Shown piece after piece: positions 34,487 to 43,759 of a DNA stretch of 64,000 bases (the first letter of the stretch is position 1; every line of letters starts with the position of its first letter). Below the pieces are notes generated by a model that was not told the origin of the DNA, searched no databases, and saw nothing but the letters and a program-made list of their open reading frames with translations. The position numbers and the translations under genes are program-made. The stretch comes from an uncultured Gemmatimonadales bacterium (lineage in GTDB: Bacteria > Gemmatimonadota > Gemmatimonadetes > Gemmatimonadales > GWC2-71-9): assembly GCA_963825055.1 (NCBI GenBank), contig CAWGSK010000012.1, positions 512,001 through 576,000 of the forward strand. Direction: 5' to 3'.

Positions 34487-35568
34487 GCGCTGGTGCCTCC
34501 ATAACGCCGGATGACGCGCCTTCCGAGCGAGGTGAGCAGTTCGTAACTGATGGTACCGGCCAGTTGCGCCTGGCGGTCGAGGGTCAGATCGTCTCCGATG
34601 ATCGTCGCAACCGCGCCCACGGCGGTATGGGTTTCGCCCAGGTGAACCATGGTCATGTCCATGGTGATCGAGCCGGCCATCGAGTGGATCGTGCCACCGA
34701 GCCGCACCAGGCCCCGGTTTTCCAGGCTCCGCAGGAGCCCGTCGGCATAGCCGATGGACAGGGTGGCTACCCACCCCGCTCGAGCGGCGCGCCAGCGTCT
34801 CCCATAGCCGACCGTATCGCCGGGCTGGACCCCCCGCACAGCCACCACCCGCGCCGAGACCCGGAGAACGGCCCGTGGCGCCCGCCCGCCGGCGGCGCCC
34901 CCGTAGAGATAGATGCCCGGACGGACCATGTCGGCCGCATACCGCCTGTCGCGGAGCGAAGCGGAGCTGTTCGCCATGTGGAGAATCGGAGGGCGGCTGG
35001 GCATGGCCTCCGTCACGGCGGCGAACCGCCCGGCCTGGACGTCCAGGGTGTCCGGCGCATCGTCCGCGGAATGGAAATGGGTGAAAAGCCCTTCCCAGCC
35101 GCCACAACCGGCCAGGCGGGAGCCAAGCTCCCCGATGGCCGGTGCGTCGTCCCAGCGGAATCCCGCCCGGCCCATCCCAGTGTCCACTTCCACATGGAAG
35201 GGGCGCGCGGTACGCGCCGTCCAGGCCTCCAGCGCGGCCAGGTCGCCAATGACGGGTCGGATATCGTGCTCGAGGAAGGACTCGACCAGCGCCGGCAGGA
35301 GGGGCGTAAATGCGATGACGGGGCGGTCGAGACCGGCGGCGCGGAGCTCCAGCGCCTCGGGAAGCGTGGCAACCCCGTAGCCGAAGGGCTCAACCGCCTC
35401 CAGCGCCCGGGCGACCGGAACCGCGCCAAGCCCATAGGCGTCCGCCTTGACCATCGGCAGGAGTCGAGTTCCCGACGCCTCGGCGATGTTCCGGGCGTTA
35501 GCCACGATTGCGGCCAGATCGATGTCGGCCCAGGCGCGGGCGGTATCCGCCGAGTTTGACGTGGTCAC
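34483..35568 (-). CDS. alr: Alanine racemase
   Basis: MVKADAYGLG (PLP Lys), VDTGMGR, HMANS, VRPGIYLYG, GYADG, TISYE. Confidence 0.96.
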   Translation of the reverse strand: MTTSNSADTARAWADIDLAAIVANARNIAEASGTRLLPMVKADAYGLGAVPVARALEAVEPFGYGVATLPEALELRAAGLDRPVIAFTPLLPALVESFLEHDIRPVIGDLAALEAWTARTARPFHVEVDTGMGRAGFRWDDAPAIGELGSRLAGCGGWEGLFTHFHSADDAPDTLDVQAGRFAAVTEAMPSRPPILHMANSSASLRDRRYAADMVRPGIYLYGGAAGGRAPRAVLRVSARVVAVRGVQPGDTVGYGRRWRAARAGWVATLSIGYADGLLRSLENRGLVRLGGTIHSMAGSITMDMTMVHLGETHTAVGAVATIIGDDLTLDRQAQLAGTISYELLTSLGRRVIRRYGGTSA

Positions 35569-35608
35569 AGGCGGCGGGTATGATACCGGCCACGGAGGAT
35601 AAATGCAA
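35556..35608. promoter_or_regulatory. Overlapping divergent sigma70-type promoters for mazG and alr
   Basis: Plus strand: TTGACG(35556-61), 17 bp, TATGAT(35579-84), then GGAGG RBS. Minus strand: TTGCAT(35608-03), 17 bp, TATCAT(35585-80). Confidence 0.65.
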
Positions 35609-36388
35609 GAGAAATCAGCGCTTGGGCGCGCCCTGGAGACCGTGCGGGACCTCAGGAAGCGCTGCCCGTGGGACCGGGCCCAGACCCGGGAAACCCTGCG
35701 GCCGTATCTGGTGGAAGAGGTGCTCGAACTGGACGCCGCCCTGCGCGAGGAGGATCGTCCGGCCATCCGGGAGGAGATAGGGGATTTCCTCCTTCACCTG
35801 GCCTGGCAGTTCGTCATCGCCGAGGAGAACGGGGAGTTCACGCCGGAGGAGATCGGACGGGAGCTGGAGGCCAAGATGCGGCGCAGACATCCCCACCTGT
35901 ACGACCTGGGGCCCGCCGAGCCGTGGGAACGGCTCAAGCAACGGGAAGGTCCCCGCGCCACGTTCGACGGCCTGCCCCGCACCCTGCCGGCCCTGATGAT
36001 GGCCTTCCGGCTCCAGCAGCGCGCGGCGGCACTGGGGTTTGACTGGCCTGACACGGACGGCCCGGCTGCCAAGGTCCGCGAGGAGCTGGCGGAAGTGGAG
36101 GAGCACCTGCCGCGCGCTGCGCCACCCGACCCCGCCGCGGACCCGAACCAGCCGTCCCTCCCGGCGGAAGCGCTCGTGGAGGAGATCGGGGACCTGCTTT
36201 TCGCAGTGGTGAACCTCGCCCGGAAGGCGCAGGTCGACCCGACCCTGGCACTGGACCGGGCCAACAGGAAGTTCCGTGAGCGGTTTGCTGGCATCGAGCG
36301 GCTGGCCGTCGAGCGTGGCGTGGACGTGGGAACCGCGGGGCTGGAGGTGCTGGATGGGATGTGGGAGGAGGTGAAGAGTAGTGAGTAG
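35603..36388 (+). CDS. mazG: Nucleoside triphosphate pyrophosphohydrolase MazG
   Basis: CPWDRAQT, EEIGD twice, RRHPH, GFDWP, ANRKFRERF. Confidence 0.95.
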   Translation: MQEKSALGRALETVRDLRKRCPWDRAQTRETLRPYLVEEVLELDAALREEDRPAIREEIGDFLLHLAWQFVIAEENGEFTPEEIGRELEAKMRRRHPHLYDLGPAEPWERLKQREGPRATFDGLPRTLPALMMAFRLQQRAAALGFDWPDTDGPAAKVREELAEVEEHLPRAAPPDPAADPNQPSLPAEALVEEIGDLLFAVVNLARKAQVDPTLALDRANRKFRERFAGIERLAVERGVDVGTAGLEVLDGMWEEVKSSE

Positions 36389-36487
36389 TGAGTAGTGAGT
36401 AGTGCTTCAGGGCTGGCGATGGTTAGCGCAGCGCACATTCGCTGCACGCCCAGGCACTATCCACTATTCACTACTCACTGCTCACTG
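36376..36487. repeat. Inverted heptamer tandem arrays forming a long hairpin between convergent mazG and asnS
   Basis: (GAGTAGT)x4 at 36376-36403; complementary degenerate CACTAYY/CACTGCT array at 36455-36487; internal GCAGCG/CGCTGC stem. Confidence 0.85.
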
Positions 36488-36490
36488 TCG

Positions 36491-37786
36491 TCACGGATAC
36501 AACCGGTGAATCTGCCGCGGAAACGCGATCGCCTCCCGGATGTGCGGGATACCGCAGATCCAGGCGACCGTGCGCTCAAGGCCGAGGCCGAAGCCCGAAT
36601 GCACGAAGGTGCCGTACCTCCGGAGATCCAGGTACCAGCGGTAGGCCTCCGGATCCAGCCCCTGTTCCCGAATCCGCGCCAGGAGGCGGTCGTAGTCGTC
36701 CTCGCGTTGTGATCCGCCGATGATTTCGCCGTAGCCTTCCGGGGCGAGGCAGTCGTTGCCCAGCACGGTGCGCGGGTCGTCGGGGTTCTCCTTCATGTAG
36801 AAGGCCTTGACCTCGCGGGGATAGTTGAACACGAACACGGGCCGGTCGTACTGTTGGGCCAGCAGGGTCTCGTCGTCGCCCCCCAGGTCACTGCCCCACT
36901 GGATATCGGAGCCGAGACCGTTGAGTTTCGTGACCGCATCAGTGTAGGAGATCCGCGGGAACGGCGCCGTCACCCGCTCGAGCGGGGCCGTGTCGCGTTC
37001 CAGTTCCTTGAGTTCCTCCGTCCTGGCCTCGAGGGCGCGGGCCACGATGTAGCTGACGAACCGCTCCTGCAGGCGCATGTTATCATCGGAATCGTTGAAG
37101 GCGACCTCGGGCTCCACCATCCAGAACTCGGTGAGATGGCGGCGGGTCTTGGACTTTTCCGCCCGGAACGTGGGCCCGAAACAGTAGATCTTGCCGAGCG
37201 CGGCCGCGGCGGCCTCCCCATACAGCTGGCCGGTCTGGGCAAGATACGCCCGGCCGAGATCGAAGTACTCCGTCGAGAAGAGGTTCCCGGCTTCCTCGCC
37301 GATGGACCCCGTCAGGATGGGTGTGTCGACCAGCGTAAAGCCATCCGCGTAGAAGAAGTCCCGGATGGCCTGGACAACCTCGTGGCGGACCCTGGCGATG
37401 GCGACCTGGCGGCGGCTCCGGAGCCAGAGGTGTCTATGTTCGAAGAGGTAAGTCGTCCCATGTTCTTTAGGAGTGATGGGAAAGTCGACGCTGGGCCCGA
37501 TCAGGGCGACGCCGGTGGCATGCAGCTCATACCCACCGGGGGCCCGCTCGTCTGCCCGGACCGTTCCCGTCACCGCGATGCTGGACTCCTGGGTCAGCCC
37601 GCCGGCAAGTTCCCAGTCGGCCTCGGGCACCTCGCGCCGGCTCACGACCGCCTGGAGATACCCGGTCCCGTCCCGCAGCACGATGAACGCCACCTTGCCA
37701 CTGGACCGGACGGTCATGACCCAGCCCTGGACGGTGACCGACGTGTCGACGTGCGCTGACAGTTCGTTGATCCTGACCGAGGCCAT
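36491..37786 (-). CDS. asnS: Asparaginyl-tRNA synthetase
   Basis: LAQTGQLY, FRAEKSKTRRHLTEFWMVEPE, EIIGGSQRE, HSGFGLGLER. Confidence 0.96.
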   Translation of the reverse strand: MASVRINELSAHVDTSVTVQGWVMTVRSSGKVAFIVLRDGTGYLQAVVSRREVPEADWELAGGLTQESSIAVTGTVRADERAPGGYELHATGVALIGPSVDFPITPKEHGTTYLFEHRHLWLRSRRQVAIARVRHEVVQAIRDFFYADGFTLVDTPILTGSIGEEAGNLFSTEYFDLGRAYLAQTGQLYGEAAAAALGKIYCFGPTFRAEKSKTRRHLTEFWMVEPEVAFNDSDDNMRLQERFVSYIVARALEARTEELKELERDTAPLERVTAPFPRISYTDAVTKLNGLGSDIQWGSDLGGDDETLLAQQYDRPVFVFNYPREVKAFYMKENPDDPRTVLGNDCLAPEGYGEIIGGSQREDDYDRLLARIREQGLDPEAYRWYLDLRRYGTFVHSGFGLGLERTVAWICGIPHIREAIAFPRQIHRLYP

Positions 37787-37795
37787 GATCTGCCT

Positions 37796-38902
37796 ATGCT
37801 GAAGTGTGGTTCCTGGGGACGACGCGGCTGGATTCTAGCCCTCCTGCTGGGGACCGTCAACGCGGCCTGCGGGGGGTATCGCCGCGTGCCCGACGTGCGC
37901 ACCACCCCCGACGGAGCACCGCGCGAGGTACCCGGGAGCCCGCTCCTCGAGATCTGGCGTCACCATGTCAGCCGCGGGCTGAGCGGCGTCACCGCGATGG
38001 CGGGAGACACCGTGCTGTACCTCGCCAGCTCCGATCGCCACGTGACGGCGGTGGATCTCCGAAGCGGTGTCGAGCGGTGGAAGATCAGGATCGCGGGGCC
38101 GGCCGCGCTCGGCGTGCTGCTGTGGGAGGCGCTGGTGTTTGTGCCGACGGAGCTGCCCGATGGCAGCGTTCACGCCCTGAGCGCCGTACGCGGCTCCCCG
38201 GTATGGGAAAGCGACGTCGGTCCCGCCAATGCCCCGCTGGCCGTCGTGGACGATGTCCTCATCGTCCTGGCCCGCGACGGTCGGGCTTACGGCCTGAACC
38301 CCCGGACGGGGAAGGTCCGCTGGCGGCAGCGCGCAGGGATCGCGCGCGCGCCGGCCCTGCAGGCCGGCCCCGGCCGGGCGTTCGTGGGAACCCTCGATTC
38401 CCTCTTCCTGCTGGAGAGCGACAACGGTCGCATCGTGGAGCGACGCCGGGCCCCCGGCCCCGTCGTCTCCCGCTGGGTGCGCGAGGGAGACCTGTACCTG
38501 GCCGGTACCACCGACAGCCAGCTGGTCGCGGTTCACGCCGACGACCTGACCACCGCATGGAGCGTTCCGCTCGATGCGCCCGTGACTACCACGCCGGTCG
38601 TCAGGGATGGTGCCGCAATCCTCGTGACGCGTATCGGCACGCTGTACCGTGTCCCCCTCGCCTCCCCGGATGATGCAGCGGCAATCGCAGGGCTCCGGTG
38701 GCCGGCTACGACCGCTCCCCTTCCCCTGGGCGACGTGATCATCCTGGGCGGCGCCGACGGGACGATCCAGGCGATCAGCGATGAAGGGAGGGTCGCGTGG
38801 CACGTCTCGCTCACCCCACCCCTCACCCAGGACCTGCTGCGGATGGATGACGGGCTCCTGGCCATCGGGGGCCGCGGCGACCTGATCCGGTACCGGCAAT
38901 GA
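37796..38902 (+). CDS. PQQ-like beta-propeller repeat lipoprotein (BamB-like fold)
   Basis: Repeats AVDLRSGVERW, GLNPRTGKVRW, DGTIQAISDEGRVAW; possible lipobox NAAC. Confidence 0.75.
   Translation: MLKCGSWGRRGWILALLLGTVNAACGGYRRVPDVRTTPDGAPREVPGSPLLEIWRHHVSRGLSGVTAMAGDTVLYLASSDRHVTAVDLRSGVERWKIRIAGPAALGVLLWEALVFVPTELPDGSVHALSAVRGSPVWESDVGPANAPLAVVDDVLIVLARDGRAYGLNPRTGKVRWRQRAGIARAPALQAGPGRAFVGTLDSLFLLESDNGRIVERRRAPGPVVSRWVREGDLYLAGTTDSQLVAVHADDLTTAWSVPLDAPVTTTPVVRDGAAILVTRIGTLYRVPLASPDDAAAIAGLRWPATTAPLPLGDVIILGGADGTIQAISDEGRVAWHVSLTPPLTQDLLRMDDGLLAIGGRGDLIRYRQ
37832..37860 (-). promoter_or_regulatory. Putative sigma70 promoter of asnS, inside the divergent gene
   Basis: TTGACG(37860-55), 17 bp, TAGAAT(37837-32). 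Confidence 0.6.
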
Positions 38903-39369
38903 AACGACTCTTCACGGTGCTCCTCCTCCCGGCCCTCCTCGCCGCCCCGCTCGGCGCCCAGCAGCGGACAGCGGCGCAGCCGTCGCCACCCCTGGTCAAG
39001 TACGGCAAGTGGGCCCTCGTGGCCGCCTCGGGGCTCCTCAACATCATGGCGGCCCGGGAACACAACGATGCCGAGTCGGCTTTCGGGCAGATCCGGGAGC
39101 AGTGTACAGTCGACTCGTCTCTCTGTGCGACGGATCCATCCGGCGCCTACGCCGATGCGGCGCTCGAGGCGCTCTATCAGACCACGCTCGACCATGACCG
39201 GTCGGCCCGCCGCTACCTGTTCGCCGGGGAAACCGCGCTGGCCGGCGCCGCCGTGATGTTCATCTGGGAGCTCACCCGTCCCAAGGGCGGACCGGACAAT
39301 ATTCCCTTCGAACCAACGGTCGACTACCGCGCCGGCGGGACGACTATCGGGCTGCAATTCCGCTTCTGA
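38899..39369 (+). CDS. Hypothetical exported/membrane protein
   Basis: Signal peptide, two hydrophobic segments, C-terminal IGLQFRF; ATGA-coupled to the upstream gene. Confidence 0.7.
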   Translation: MKRLFTVLLLPALLAAPLGAQQRTAAQPSPPLVKYGKWALVAASGLLNIMAAREHNDAESAFGQIREQCTVDSSLCATDPSGAYADAALEALYQTTLDHDRSARRYLFAGETALAGAAVMFIWELTRPKGGPDNIPFEPTVDYRAGGTTIGLQFRF

Positions 39370-39398
39370 CCGACCCTGCTTCCGGGAAGGAGGCCCCC

Positions 39399-41675
39399 AT
39401 GATCGCGCGCAACCTCGTCCTCCCCTCCGTGGTGGGACTCGCGCTCTGTGCCGCTCCCTCACTGGCCGCGCAGGAGCCTGCGCAGCGTTCCCGCCTCGCC
39501 GCCCTGGAAGACTCCCTCGCCCACACCGTGGACAGTGCTGCCCTTCTCGCGAGGGAGGCCCGCGTGATCGAGCGTGCGAAAGCCGATCGGGACAACCCGA
39601 TGATCCACCTGGAACTGGGCCTGCTCGCGCTGCGCCTGGGACGCCTGGCCGGGTCCCCCGATCACCTGGATGACGCAGGAAGCGAGTTCGAATGGGCCGC
39701 AGAGCTGGAGCCGGACTGGCCGTGGCCGTGGTACGGCCTCGGCCTGACCGAACTCGAACTCGTTGATCACCCGCTCCAGCCGGTGGTCGGGCTGAACCGG
39801 GTCAGGAACGCACTGGACCTGGACGAGGTGAACAAGTCCGCCCGGGCCTTCGAGCACGCGCTCGATACCGACCCGAACTTCGCCCCGGCCCTCGGGGGTC
39901 TCGCGGAGGCTGCCCTCCGGGAGCAGGGCGCGTCGCACCTGGAGAGCGCGCTGCGCCGGCTCCGGGACGCCGCCGGAAGGCCGGCCGGCCGTTCTCCGCC
40001 CATGCAGCTCGCCCGTGGACGGCTCGAGCGACAGATTGGGTCCGCCGACAGCGCGCTCGCCGCATTCCGGGCCTACCTCCGGGCGGGGGGCGACAGCGGC
40101 GTCGGGCTGCTGGAGGTGTCCCGGAGCCTGTTCGACCTCGGCCGTACGCGGGAGGCGATCGCCACCTGGCAGGATGCATCCGAGCACGTGCGCAGCGACG
40201 ACGCGGTGTCGATGATGCGCTCGGACATTGCCTGGATCGCCACGGCGGAGGAACTGAAGGAGTGGGACGGGCTCTCCGCTGGCGGGCGGGCGTCGTGGCT
40301 GGCCGGTTTCTGGCGCGAACGCGACATCGAAAGCGGGCGCGCGGCCGGAGAGCGCCTCGCGGAGCACTACCGCCGCTGGTTCGTCGTCATGCGCAGTTTC
40401 CGGCGCCCGGCGAGCCTCTACCGTGAGCGGGACCTGATCTACCCCTATCACAGTGACCAGCGCCTGGTGGACGATCGCGGGATCATCTACATGCGCCATG
40501 GTCCGCCCGATGACATCGCGAGCTTCTCGGGCAGCGGCACCGAGGAGGTCGGCATCCCGGTCAACGTCTCCTGGCGCTACTACCGGCCCGACGGCGACCT
40601 CATCCTCCATTTCCGGGCCGCGTCGGGAGTCATGGACTACCGCCTGATCGAAAGCCTGACGGATGTCTACGGCTTCGAGCTCGGAGTGGCCCTCCAGACC
40701 GGCGCGCTGCAGAACAGCCACCCACCCGTCCTCTCGACCGACACGGACAAGGTCAGGCAGTTCCGGCCCCTGATGGCCTCGCGGAGTGGCCTGGACCCGC
40801 GCTACCAGCTGATGGCGACGTCGCTCGACCTCGGCCGCGGCCTGGTGCTGGCCAACGAGCGCGAGCGGGGCCACAAAGCCATCGCCACGGCGACAACGAC
40901 CGACAGCTACCTCCTGAAATACGAGCACCCGCTCCACGCCACGGTCGCGCGATATGCACTCGCCCCCAGTGGCCCCGGCAGCAGCCGGTTGCTCCTGGTG
41001 TACGCGCTCCCCGCCGACGACCTCGCGCCATCAGGGCACGACAGCGTTTCCGTCCGGCTCCACGTTATCGCCGTGGATGGAGACAATGGCGTCATCGAGG
41101 CGGACTCGACACGCACGGTGGCCGTTCCCCCGGCGGGTGGGCACTCCGTGGGATTCCTTGACCTCGCCGCAGCCCCGGGACGGTATCGTGTGACAGCCGT
41201 GCTCGAGACAGGAGACGGCAGCACCGGCCGCGCACTCCGGTGGGACGATGTCGTGGTGCCGTCGCTCGGCGGAAACTCCGTGGAGTTGTCGGACCTGGTC
41301 GTGGGGAAGAGTGGCGGCCTGACATGGAGGGCGGGCGGGCGCACGGTGGACCTCAACCCCGGCAACCGTTTTGCGGGCGAGGATACCCTGTCGCTCTATT
41401 ACGAGGTGGGCGGCATCGCACCGGGGACCAGGTACCGCACGCGCATCGAGGTGCAGCGCACCGACAGGAGCCTGGTGGAACGTGTGACGGGACAGGAACG
41501 TCGTCCGATCGTGCTCGGGTTCGAGGAGCAGGCTTCTGCCGCGCCGATGCGCCTGACCCGCGCCGTGGACCTTCAGCTGCTCCCACCGGGCAACTACCGG
41601 ATCACTGTTTCCCTCGAGCTCCCGGGCGGCGAGGCGCTTGCCTCGCGCAGCAGCGTCTTCCGGGTGGACCGGTGA
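39399..41675 (+). CDS. Exported TPR plus GWxTD-like domain protein with C-terminal beta-sandwich
   Basis: Signal peptide; TPR-like AAELEPDWPWPWYGLG; FWRERD...EHYRR...DDRGIIYMRHGPPD; LPPGNYRITV; AGGAGG RBS. Confidence 0.7.
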   Translation: MIARNLVLPSVVGLALCAAPSLAAQEPAQRSRLAALEDSLAHTVDSAALLAREARVIERAKADRDNPMIHLELGLLALRLGRLAGSPDHLDDAGSEFEWAAELEPDWPWPWYGLGLTELELVDHPLQPVVGLNRVRNALDLDEVNKSARAFEHALDTDPNFAPALGGLAEAALREQGASHLESALRRLRDAAGRPAGRSPPMQLARGRLERQIGSADSALAAFRAYLRAGGDSGVGLLEVSRSLFDLGRTREAIATWQDASEHVRSDDAVSMMRSDIAWIATAEELKEWDGLSAGGRASWLAGFWRERDIESGRAAGERLAEHYRRWFVVMRSFRRPASLYRERDLIYPYHSDQRLVDDRGIIYMRHGPPDDIASFSGSGTEEVGIPVNVSWRYYRPDGDLILHFRAASGVMDYRLIESLTDVYGFELGVALQTGALQNSHPPVLSTDTDKVRQFRPLMASRSGLDPRYQLMATSLDLGRGLVLANERERGHKAIATATTTDSYLLKYEHPLHATVARYALAPSGPGSSRLLLVYALPADDLAPSGHDSVSVRLHVIAVDGDNGVIEADSTRTVAVPPAGGHSVGFLDLAAAPGRYRVTAVLETGDGSTGRALRWDDVVVPSLGGNSVELSDLVVGKSGGLTWRAGGRTVDLNPGNRFAGEDTLSLYYEVGGIAPGTRYRTRIEVQRTDRSLVERVTGQERRPIVLGFEEQASAAPMRLTRAVDLQLLPPGNYRITVSLELPGGEALASRSSVFRVDR

Positions 41676-41681
41676 CCTACC

Positions 41682-43748
41682 CTACCCTACCCGGAAGAGT
41701 TCGATCGCGCGCGGGTAGCGTGCAAAGGCCCGCTCCCGCAAACCGGCGTTGGCGGGCCGCCGCAGGGTCGGGTCGTCGGCCAGGATTTCCGCGGCGAGGT
41801 CACGGGCGCGCGTGAGCAGTGCCGAGTCGTCCGGCAATCGCGCGTGCCGGAGCTCGAATCCCCCCGCCTGGCGGGCGCCGATCAGGTCGCCCATGCCACG
41901 TTCCTGCAGGTCCAGCTCCGCGATCCTGAATCCGTCGTTCGTGGCGGCGAAGGCGCGGAGCCGGTCCGGAATCTTTCCCTCAGAGAGCAGGACGCACTCA
42001 CTCCGATCGTTCCCGCGACCGATCCGCCCGCGCAGCTGGTGCAGCTGGGCCAGCCCGAACCTTTCGGGATGCTCGATCACCATGATGGACGCATTCGCAA
42101 CATCGATGCCGACCTCGATGACCGTGGTGGCCACCAGGACCTGGACCTCGCCGTCGCGGAAGGCGCGCATGGTGGCATCGCGCTCCTCGGTCCGCAGCCT
42201 GCCGTGGACCAGCCCCACCCGCACATCGGGCCATTTCGCCTGGAGCGCCGTTGCCATCGTGCTCGCAGCCCGCAGGTCGCTCTGTTCCGATTCCTCGATG
42301 ACCGGGAAGACGATGTAGGCCTGCCTGCCCCCGAGCCCCTGTTCACGCACCCAGGAATAGACCTTGTCGCGCTGGCGCGCGCCGCGAACGGCCGTGCGCA
42401 CGTCGCCACGCCCGGGCGGCCTCTCGCGCAGAGTCGAGACGTCAAGGTCGCCGTAGATGGTGAGCGCGAGCGACCGTGGGATCGGGGTGGCCGACAGGAG
42501 CAGCGTGTCCGGGGCGTCTCCCTTCCCGATCAGCGTCGCCCGCTGTTCCACGCCGAAGCGGTGCTGTTCGTCGATGACGACCAGGCCCAGGCGGCGAAAA
42601 CCCACTGAGCCCTGCAGCAACGCGTGGGTACCAACCACGATCCGGATGGCGCCGGTGGAAAGCCGCTTGCGGATATCGTCCTTCTCCGACGCCGGGAGCC
42701 GGCCGAGCAGCAGCGCCGGCTGCATGTCGAGCGGCGCCAGGAGGGCCGTGAGCGTGGCCATGTGCTGTTCGGCCAGCAGCTCGGTCGGAGCCATGAGCGC
42801 CGCCTGGCAGTCGTTCTCTACCGCCAGCAGCATGGCGAAGAGGGCCACGATCGTCTTCCCGGTTCCCACATCTCCCATGAGCAGCCGGTGCATCCGGGTC
42901 GATGCGGTCATGTCGGAGGAAATCTCCCGGATTGCCTTGCGCTGGTCGCCGGTGAGTTCCCACGGGAGACTGTCCTTGAGCCGGCTCGTAAAAGTCCGGT
43001 GCAGGGTGAATACAGTGCCACTTCGCGCCCGCTTGGCGAGCTGCCTGGCGCGCGTCAGCATGAGCTGGAGGTCGAGCAGTTCGTCGAACGCAAGGCGCCG
43101 CCGGCCGGCCTCGGCCTCCGCGATGCTGGCCGGCTGGTGCACCATGCGCAGGGCCGCCGGGACCTCCGGCAGGTCCAGCCCGGCGAGCCGGCCGCGCGGC
43201 AGCGGGTCGGCCGCCAGTGTGATGAGCTCGTCGAGGTGGCGCGCGACCAGTGAGCGGATCTGCCGGTGGCTCAGGCCTTCGGTCGCGGGGTAGACCGGCA
43301 GGATACGGCCCGCGGTGCCGTCCGTGCTGTCCTCCGCGTCTGCCAGCACGAGGAACTCACGGGGAGCAAGCTGCCGGCCGTGATAGAACCGGACCGGTCC
43401 GGTGACAAGGAGCAACTGCCCTTCCACGATGGACCGGTCGAGGAACGGCTGGCCCGGCCAGACACACTCCAGGACCCCGCTCTCGTCGCGGATCACCGCC
43501 CGGAAAACCCGGAGCCCACGACGGGTGGGCACCACACGCTTGGCCACGACCCGGCCGATACAGGTAACCTCGCTTCCCACGGTGGCGCGAGCCACCGGGG
43601 TGACGGCCGACGCGTCGAGGTATTGTCGAGGGAGGTGCCAGAGGAGGTCGCGTGCCGTGGTGACGCCGAGCCGCGCAAAGGCCTCGGCCCGGCGCTCGCC
43701 GATGCCCTTCAGGAACTTGACCGGGGTGTCCAGCCGGAGCCGGCCCAT
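41682..43748 (-). CDS. recG: ATP-dependent DNA helicase RecG
   Basis: LKGIGE, GDVGTGKT, DEQHRFG, SATPIPRSL, QLHQLRGRIGRG. Confidence 0.97.
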   Translation of the reverse strand: MGRLRLDTPVKFLKGIGERRAEAFARLGVTTARDLLWHLPRQYLDASAVTPVARATVGSEVTCIGRVVAKRVVPTRRGLRVFRAVIRDESGVLECVWPGQPFLDRSIVEGQLLLVTGPVRFYHGRQLAPREFLVLADAEDSTDGTAGRILPVYPATEGLSHRQIRSLVARHLDELITLAADPLPRGRLAGLDLPEVPAALRMVHQPASIAEAEAGRRRLAFDELLDLQLMLTRARQLAKRARSGTVFTLHRTFTSRLKDSLPWELTGDQRKAIREISSDMTASTRMHRLLMGDVGTGKTIVALFAMLLAVENDCQAALMAPTELLAEQHMATLTALLAPLDMQPALLLGRLPASEKDDIRKRLSTGAIRIVVGTHALLQGSVGFRRLGLVVIDEQHRFGVEQRATLIGKGDAPDTLLLSATPIPRSLALTIYGDLDVSTLRERPPGRGDVRTAVRGARQRDKVYSWVREQGLGGRQAYIVFPVIEESEQSDLRAASTMATALQAKWPDVRVGLVHGRLRTEERDATMRAFRDGEVQVLVATTVIEVGIDVANASIMVIEHPERFGLAQLHQLRGRIGRGNDRSECVLLSEGKIPDRLRAFAATNDGFRIAELDLQERGMGDLIGARQAGGFELRHARLPDDSALLTRARDLAAEILADDPTLRRPANAGLRERAFARYPRAIELFRVG

Positions 43749-43759
43749 GGAACGGGTGC

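Noticed and set aside
35603..36388. MazG or DUF151 as anti-phage defence components
   Set aside because: Two-domain housekeeping MazG and an ordinary DUF151 in core-gene context, with no defence partners
36376..36487. Possible CRISPR array
   Set aside because: 7-bp tandem units with no spacers and no cas genes
41676..41692. (CCTAC)3 at the GWxTD/recG convergence
   Set aside because: Too short and partly dictated by the last recG codons and stop
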